Source: Acidimicrobiales bacterium (GTDB lineage Bacteria; Actinomycetota; Acidimicrobiia; Acidimicrobiales; RAAP-2). From it: a DNA stretch of 42,419 nucleotides. The DNA lies in contig DATCEZ010000161.1 of assembly GCA_036509775.1 (NCBI GenBank), forward strand, positions 1 to 42,419, given 5' to 3'. Under the pieces are notes generated by a model. The model ran no database searches, was not told the DNA's origin, and saw only the letters and a list, made by a program, of their open reading frames with translations. Both the position numbers and the translations under genes were made by a program. This document shows positions 37,972 through 42,419 of the stretch, in pieces (position 1 is the stretch's first letter; each line of letters begins with the position of its first letter).

Positions 37972-38520
37972 ATGACCGAGGTCCAAGACAGATATCGGCT
38001 GGTGTCGAGTGGATTCGACGCCGTCGTCGGCGCTATCGCCCCTGGCGAGTGGGATGCTCAAACACCCTGCGAGGGATGGAACGCCCGCGATGTGGTCGCC
38101 CATATCGTCACCGGCCATCGACGCATCATCGCCAACGTGAAAGGCGGGGAGCCAGCACCCTTGGGCGCCGACGAGGATCCGAAGAAGGCCTGGGAACAAG
38201 CGTCTCGAGCGGTCGACGAGATCACCGGAGACCCGGAGGCTCTCAACACGGAAATCGACGGCCCGACCGGGGAAATGCGCGTCGGCGAGATCATCGGACG
38301 GTTCGTCTGCATGGACGTGCTCGTGCACACCTGGGACTTGGCCAGGACCGTGGGTGCGGACGAACGCCTCGACGAGGAAATGGTCCGACAGGCCTACGAC
38401 GCTCTGAAACCGATGGACGCCGCTATCCGGCAGCCGGGCGTCTTTGGGCCGAAACTGGAGCCACCTGCAGGCGCAGATCTCCAGACGGAATTCCTCTACT
38501 TCCTCGGCCGTCAGGCCTAA
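37972..38520 (+). CDS. TIGR03086-type DinB-like metal-binding protein (mycothiol maleylpyruvate isomerase N-terminal-domain fold)
   Basis: 182 aa with TPCEGWNARDVVAHIV, VLVHTWDLARTVGADERLDEEMV and GADLQTEFLYFLGR. It starts only 17 nt after the response regulator gene. Confidence 0.85.
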   Translation: MTEVQDRYRLVSSGFDAVVGAIAPGEWDAQTPCEGWNARDVVAHIVTGHRRIIANVKGGEPAPLGADEDPKKAWEQASRAVDEITGDPEALNTEIDGPTGEMRVGEIIGRFVCMDVLVHTWDLARTVGADERLDEEMVRQAYDALKPMDAAIRQPGVFGPKLEPPAGADLQTEFLYFLGRQA

Positions 38521-38731
38521 CGCCGTCGTTCGTCACTCGGCTCAGCCTCCGACGTCTCGCGACATCGACATTTTCTCCTGAGCGTTTACGGCCCAATAGA
38601 TCGGCTTCCTTCGCTCGACCCCCTCTCTCCCCGTCGTTCTCAAGGAACGCGTCGTGGACTCGGACCGGGATCTACGGGGAATGACTTCAGCCAAGGCGAC
38701 GACCTGACGATGAGATGGAGGCAGACTCTCT

Positions 38732-40744
38732 GTGCCCAACATCTCGAAGGGCCCGACGCGTGACGGTGTATATCTTCATCAGGCACATGTGACCACCCAT
38801 GTGACCAGCCACGTGCCTGGCCTGGATGCAGCCCGGCCGATTCTCGACGCCTTAGCCCAGCCGGTCGTCGTCACCGACCTCAAGGCCACGATTCTCTACT
38901 GGAATCAAGCCGCGACCGACCTCTATGGCTTTCGCGCCGACGAAGCACTGGGTCATTGCCTCTCTGCGCTACTCGAGAGTCCACCCTTTGTGGCCGGCGA
39001 CGAATCAATGGACACGCTCACCGGCCATAGCTACGCATCGACCCGTCAACTTCAAGGTCGCTCTCGTTCGGGAAGAGCACTCACAGTGCTGATGACGATG
39101 ACGCCTCTGGGTCTGGAAAATGGAGACCCGATCGCACTCATCGGTACAGCGGTGGACGTCACAACCGCGGCAAATGACCACAGTGGGTTGAAAGAGGCGA
39201 TGGACCTCGTCGAGGAAAAGTCCGCACGGATTGAAGTGGAGGCCGAACTCGCCCGCGTCAGCGGCGAAGCTGAGCGCTTACGCCTTGACGCCGAGGCTGA
39301 CCGCATCACGGCGGAGAGCGAGAAGAAAGAGGCCGAACGTGTTCGCCTTGACGCCGAGGCTGATCGCCTGACCGCCGAGAAAGAGAAGAGAGAGGCCGAA
39401 CGGGTCCGCCTCCACGCCGAGGCTGACCGCATCACGGCTGAGAGGGAGAAGAAAGAAGCCGAGCGTGTTCGCCTTGAAGCCGAGGCTGACCGCTTCACAG
39501 CCGAGGAGGAAAAGAGGGTCGCCGAGGGATTGCTGCTTGAAGACGCAGCGCACCGCGAGCAACTCGAGGCTCAGCTTCATCAATCACAGCGCTTGGAGAG
39601 CCTCGGGCAACTTGCGGGTGGGATTGCACACGACTTCAACAACCTCTTGGCCGTCATTTTGAACTATGCATCGTTCGTTGCTGAGGAGCTGTCCGCCGCG
39701 ACAGCCAATGATTCTGCGGTGCAATGGGAGGAGCCACTCAAGGACGTCAGGCAAATCCAACTGGCGGCGGAGCGTGCCAGCCTGCTTACCCACCAACTCC
39801 TTTCGTTCGCCCGGAGAGAGATCGTTCAGGCCCGTGCACTGAGTCTCAACAGCGCCATCACCCGGATGGAGCAGATACTGCGTCGCACGATCGGCGAGCA
39901 GATCGAGCTCGTCATCACTCTTGCGCCGAGCCTGCCAATGATCCTCGCAGACCCAGGTCAGATTGAGCAGATCGTTCTCAATCTGGCCATCAATGCTCGA
40001 GACGCAATGCCCTCCGGAGGGACTCTGTCCATCGACACTGCGGTGATTGAGACCCTAGAAAGCGAGACCGTAGTCACTGGAGTGCCGCCAGGGCTCTACG
40101 TCCGCTTTCGCGTGAGTGATACAGGAATCGGCATGTCCGCGGAAGTCCGCGATCGAGCATTCGAACCGTTTTACACAACCAAGCCCAGAGGCGAGGGATC
40201 CGGTCTTGGATTGGCGACGGTCTATGGAATTGTGCTGCAGTCCGACGGTTATTCACGGATCTATTCCGACGAGGGTGTCGGGACCTCAATATCCATCCTG
40301 TTGCCTGTCTCAGAAGACGAGACCATGGGTGACCCTCGCGATGGACCCTTGAATCCCAAGCTCCCTCTCGGAACTGAAACGATCCTCGTCGTTGATGACG
40401 AGGAGGCGCTCCGTGAAGTCACGGGACGAATGCTCACTCGCAGCGGCTACACGGTCCTTACTGCCTCGAGCGGCGCTCAGGCGATAGAACTCGCTGCGAG
40501 CCATGTTGGGCCAATCGATCTCGTACTCACCGACGTGATTATGCCGAAGATGCAGGGGCCAACTGTCGCAAAAGAAGTGCGAAAGGTGAGGTCAGGCATC
40601 CGAGTCTTGTTCATGTCTGGTCACGCTCAACCAGTACTACAGGCAGAAGATGTTCTCGGAACGGACTTTCTAATGCTTGAGAAGCCCTTCGACCAGGCGA
40701 TCCTTCTTGAGAGCGTACGTACCGTGCTCGATCGTCATGAGTGA
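38732..40744 (+). CDS. hybrid sensor histidine kinase: PAS - long charged helical repeat - HisKA - HATPase - REC
   Basis: The PAS domain is ILDALAQPVVVTDLKATILYWNQAATDLYGF. The H-box is GGIAHDFNNLL, and the N and G boxes are NLAINARDAM, DTGIGM and GSGLGLATV. The C-terminal REC has ILVVDDEE and DLVLTDVIMPKMQG. The start is uncertain (GTG 38732 to GTG 38813). Confidence 0.9.
   Translation: MPNISKGPTRDGVYLHQAHVTTHVTSHVPGLDAARPILDALAQPVVVTDLKATILYWNQAATDLYGFRADEALGHCLSALLESPPFVAGDESMDTLTGHSYASTRQLQGRSRSGRALTVLMTMTPLGLENGDPIALIGTAVDVTTAANDHSGLKEAMDLVEEKSARIEVEAELARVSGEAERLRLDAEADRITAESEKKEAERVRLDAEADRLTAEKEKREAERVRLHAEADRITAEREKKEAERVRLEAEADRFTAEEEKRVAEGLLLEDAAHREQLEAQLHQSQRLESLGQLAGGIAHDFNNLLAVILNYASFVAEELSAATANDSAVQWEEPLKDVRQIQLAAERASLLTHQLLSFARREIVQARALSLNSAITRMEQILRRTIGEQIELVITLAPSLPMILADPGQIEQIVLNLAINARDAMPSGGTLSIDTAVIETLESETVVTGVPPGLYVRFRVSDTGIGMSAEVRDRAFEPFYTTKPRGEGSGLGLATVYGIVLQSDGYSRIYSDEGVGTSISILLPVSEDETMGDPRDGPLNPKLPLGTETILVVDDEEALREVTGRMLTRSGYTVLTASSGAQAIELAASHVGPIDLVLTDVIMPKMQGPTVAKEVRKVRSGIRVLFMSGHAQPVLQAEDVLGTDFLMLEKPFDQAILLESVRTVLDRHE
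39266..39517 (+). repeat. in-frame tandem repeat, 4 x 63 bp (21 aa: EAERVRLDAEADRITAExEKK)
   Basis: Units start at 39266, 39329, 39392 and 39455. The peptides are EAERLRLDAEADRITAESEKK, EAERVRLDAEADRLTAEKEKR, EAERVRLHAEADRITAEREKK and EAERVRLEAEADRFTAEEEKR. Unit 1 resembles unit 3 and unit 2 resembles unit 4, which implies a 126-bp duplication of a 2-unit block. Confidence 0.95.
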
Positions 40745-42023
40745 GAAACCAGTTGTTCGCGTCGTGCTCATCGACGACCATGAGATGATTCTTCAGAGCA
40801 TGGTCCGCTTGCTCCGTGATGATCCGCAGATCGCCGTGGTCGGCACGGCTCTCACTGCTGAACAGGGTATCGGCGTCACCCAGCAAGAGCGGCCCGATAT
40901 CGTCATCGTCGATTACAAATTGACGGACATGGACGCTCCTGAAGCGATCAGGATTCTCCAGACGGTCCATCCTGAGGTCAAGGTCATTACATTGTCTGGC
41001 GCTGAACAACCTGGCGCTCTCTATGCCTCAATACGAGCTGGCAGTTCGGGATGGGTCAACAAGACCCGAGCAATCCAGGAACTCCGAGACGCTGTGCTCA
41101 ACGTGGCCGCCGGTCGGCCGGTCCCGAGTGAAGAGATTGAGTCACTTCCGTCACTCGATCAGCTTGTCCTGCACTATCAACCAATAGTGGACCTCGAGAA
41201 TGGGCACATCATCGGCTTCGAGGCTCTGGTTCGCTGGCAACACCCAGAAAGAGGCCTCCTCCACCCCATCGAGTTCGTGCCGCTCGCGCACAAGACGGGC
41301 TTTATCGTCGAGATCGACTGCTGGGTGTGGGAACACGCTGTGCAACAACTGCGGGCGTGGCAGCGACGATTCCCCTCGAGCCCGCGCCTCTTCATGAGTG
41401 TCAACATGTCGGTGACTGACCTCTCGGATCCCGGTCTCTTCGAAACGATCTCAGGGATAGTCAGAGAAGCCGGGATTGATCCGGTCGACCTCGTCATTGA
41501 GATCACCGAATCTGTCCTTCTCGACGATACCGAACAAACAATCCAATTCCTTGGGCAACTCAAAGATCTGGGTGTAGGACTGGCACTCGACGACTTCGGA
41601 ACTGCCTTCTCATCTCTCTCGTACGTCCGCCGTTTCCCGTTCGATCGTTTGAAGCTGGACATTTCATTCACCTCGGAACTCCCTCAATCGACTCGCTCAA
41701 TGTTGCTGGTCGAAGAGATCTGCCACCTGGCTACATCGATGGGGATGAAAAGCATTGCCGAAGGCATCGAGCGACAAGAGCAAGCCGACGCACTTCGAGA
41801 TATCGGATGCTTTTGCGGGCAGGGCTACCTCTATTCGCGCCCGCTGTCAGCAAGCGGCTGCAACGGGCTCCTGAAGGCTCGTTACGCGTCTCTCTCCGAT
41901 AAAGATCGTGCAGCGCTGAGCGCCGAGCAGGCCTCGCCACAGTCAAGACGTGCCGCCGCCAAATCAGCTCTTGCGGCGAACCGTGCAAAGCACACACCCG
42001 CACCGTCACCAATTCACAAATAG
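40737..42023 (+). CDS. response regulator with EAL c-di-GMP phosphodiesterase output (REC-EAL)
   Basis: ATG 40737 overlaps the hybrid kinase gene by 8 nt. The REC motifs are VVLIDDHE, IVIVDYKLTDMD and VITLSG. The EAL domain has FEALVRW, NMS, EITE, LALDDFGTAFSSL, KLD, AEGIE and GQGYLYSRP, so the catalytic residues look intact. Confidence 0.92.
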   Translation: MSEKPVVRVVLIDDHEMILQSMVRLLRDDPQIAVVGTALTAEQGIGVTQQERPDIVIVDYKLTDMDAPEAIRILQTVHPEVKVITLSGAEQPGALYASIRAGSSGWVNKTRAIQELRDAVLNVAAGRPVPSEEIESLPSLDQLVLHYQPIVDLENGHIIGFEALVRWQHPERGLLHPIEFVPLAHKTGFIVEIDCWVWEHAVQQLRAWQRRFPSSPRLFMSVNMSVTDLSDPGLFETISGIVREAGIDPVDLVIEITESVLLDDTEQTIQFLGQLKDLGVGLALDDFGTAFSSLSYVRRFPFDRLKLDISFTSELPQSTRSMLLVEEICHLATSMGMKSIAEGIERQEQADALRDIGCFCGQGYLYSRPLSASGCNGLLKARYASLSDKDRAALSAEQASPQSRRAAAKSALAANRAKHTPAPSPIHK

Positions 42024-42156
42024 CTCGCCGGCATCTGCCCAACGGCGGAGTCAGGAGGGAGCTTCAGCACCAAACGCCCGGACCAACGACGCCCACATCG
42101 CTGTAGAAACAGTCGGCGGTGGGCAAGAGACTGATCGACGTCCGACGGCGGTGAAG

Positions 42157-42419
42157 CTAGAGGCCCGCGATTGCGGACACAGGGGCGACTAGGTGACCCG
42201 CATTGGGTGCACCGAGGAAGGTCGCGTCACCGTACGTGTACACGGCGCCATTCGCACCGGCTAGCCAGTAGCCCGATCCTGTCGGTGTCGAGGTGATGCC
42301 GACGACAGGTGGCTGCGCGGTGATGCCTTGGCCCGGCACCGAGCCAACGTATTCTGCGTCGCCGTAAGTGAACACGCCGCCGTCGGATGCCACCAGCCAG
42401 TAGCCCTGACCGTCGGGCG
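42157..42419 (-). CDS. C-terminal part of a repeat protein (GYWL-x-x-x-DGGVF-x-x-GDA-x-F-x-G units); 5' end outside window
   Basis: The frame is open to the window edge: ...PDGQGYWLVASDGGVFTYGDAEYVGSVPG...GSGYWLAGANGAVYTYGDATFLGAP... There are two clear copies about 40 aa apart. The stop is TAG 42157-42159. Confidence 0.7.
   Translation of the reverse strand, partial: PDGQGYWLVASDGGVFTYGDAEYVGSVPGQGITAQPPVVGITSTPTGSGYWLAGANGAVYTYGDATFLGAPNAGHLVAPVSAIAGL

Noticed and set aside
38521-38731. 210-bp spacer upstream of the hybrid kinase, examined for a c-di-GMP riboswitch, an sRNA or small ORFs. Candidates were the 8-aa MTSAKATT, the 17-aa MRWRQTLCAQHLEGPDA and the minus-strand 66-aa ORF 38542-38742.
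   Set aside because: I could not recognise GEMM-type conserved stems or any strong hairpin. The small ORFs lack SDs and have no compelling features.
39052-39498. 148-aa minus-strand ORF with its own striking repeat (RRTRSASFFSLSAVMRSASA...), and the possibility that the 63-bp repeats form a CRISPR-like array.
   Set aside because: It is the mirror image of the coding repeat in the hybrid kinase. The units are contiguous with no unique spacers, are in-frame, and sit inside a continuous kinase reading frame. The tract is therefore neither a CRISPR array nor a separate gene.
29081-42156. Searched the scar region and the low-GC block for mobile-element hallmarks: transposase or integrase ORFs, tRNA targets, and terminal inverted or direct repeats.
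   Set aside because: None were found. The only shared flank string is a 7-mer (CGACGTC), which is not significant. No mobile element is called.

Overview
High-GC, actinobacterial-type chromosomal segment. Hand counts of single 60-nt lines give about 68-73% GC on the left, falling to 47-57% in a 3.5-kb block near the right end. I call 36 protein-coding genes, two of them cut by the window edges, plus 3 gene fragments. I saw no rRNA, tRNA, CRISPR array, transposase or integrase. (1) 1-9.8 kb is a CoA-centred catabolic neighbourhood: amidohydrolase-2, three SDRs, an acyl-CoA dehydrogenase, a fused E1 alpha/beta thiamine-diphosphate (ThDP) enzyme, a divergent TetR regulator, and an acyl-CoA ligase coupled to an alpha/beta-hydrolase-like protein. 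(2) 9.9-14.3 kb holds an orphan solute-binding protein, an N-terminally truncated methyltransferase, a DHA2 MFS exporter and a MarR regulator. (3) 14.3-21.3 kb is a tightly coupled 5-gene minus-strand operon: amidohydrolase-2, a canonical M24 protein, an M24 protein with degenerate metal ligands, a crotonase lacking both catalytic Glu, and an 831-aa tandem CaiB protein. This is my best candidate for an undescribed CoA-dependent pathway. (4) 21.4-29.1 kb is an oxygenase block: KstD-like flavoprotein, ferredoxin, P450, SDR, Rieske oxygenase, Ohr, and a Tat-lipoprotein BBE-like flavoenzyme. (5) 29.1-31.7 kb looks like a rearrangement scar, with an intact GAF-GGDEF gene bracketed by three gene fragments. 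(6) 31.8-42.4 kb contains DUF5996, an F420-type LLM and a crotonase, followed by a signalling island: REC-PP2C, CHASE3 kinase, REC, a DinB-like protein, then a low-GC block with a PAS hybrid kinase (4 x 63-bp in-frame repeat) overlapping a REC-EAL gene. Recurrent small-scale signals are -10 hexamers placed exactly 6 nt before start codons (leaderless transcripts), two pairs of face-to-face overlapping -10 boxes, an upstream ORF (uORF) coupled to the ligase start, and several in-frame tandem repeats. All functional calls come from motif reading by eye; no database search was run.
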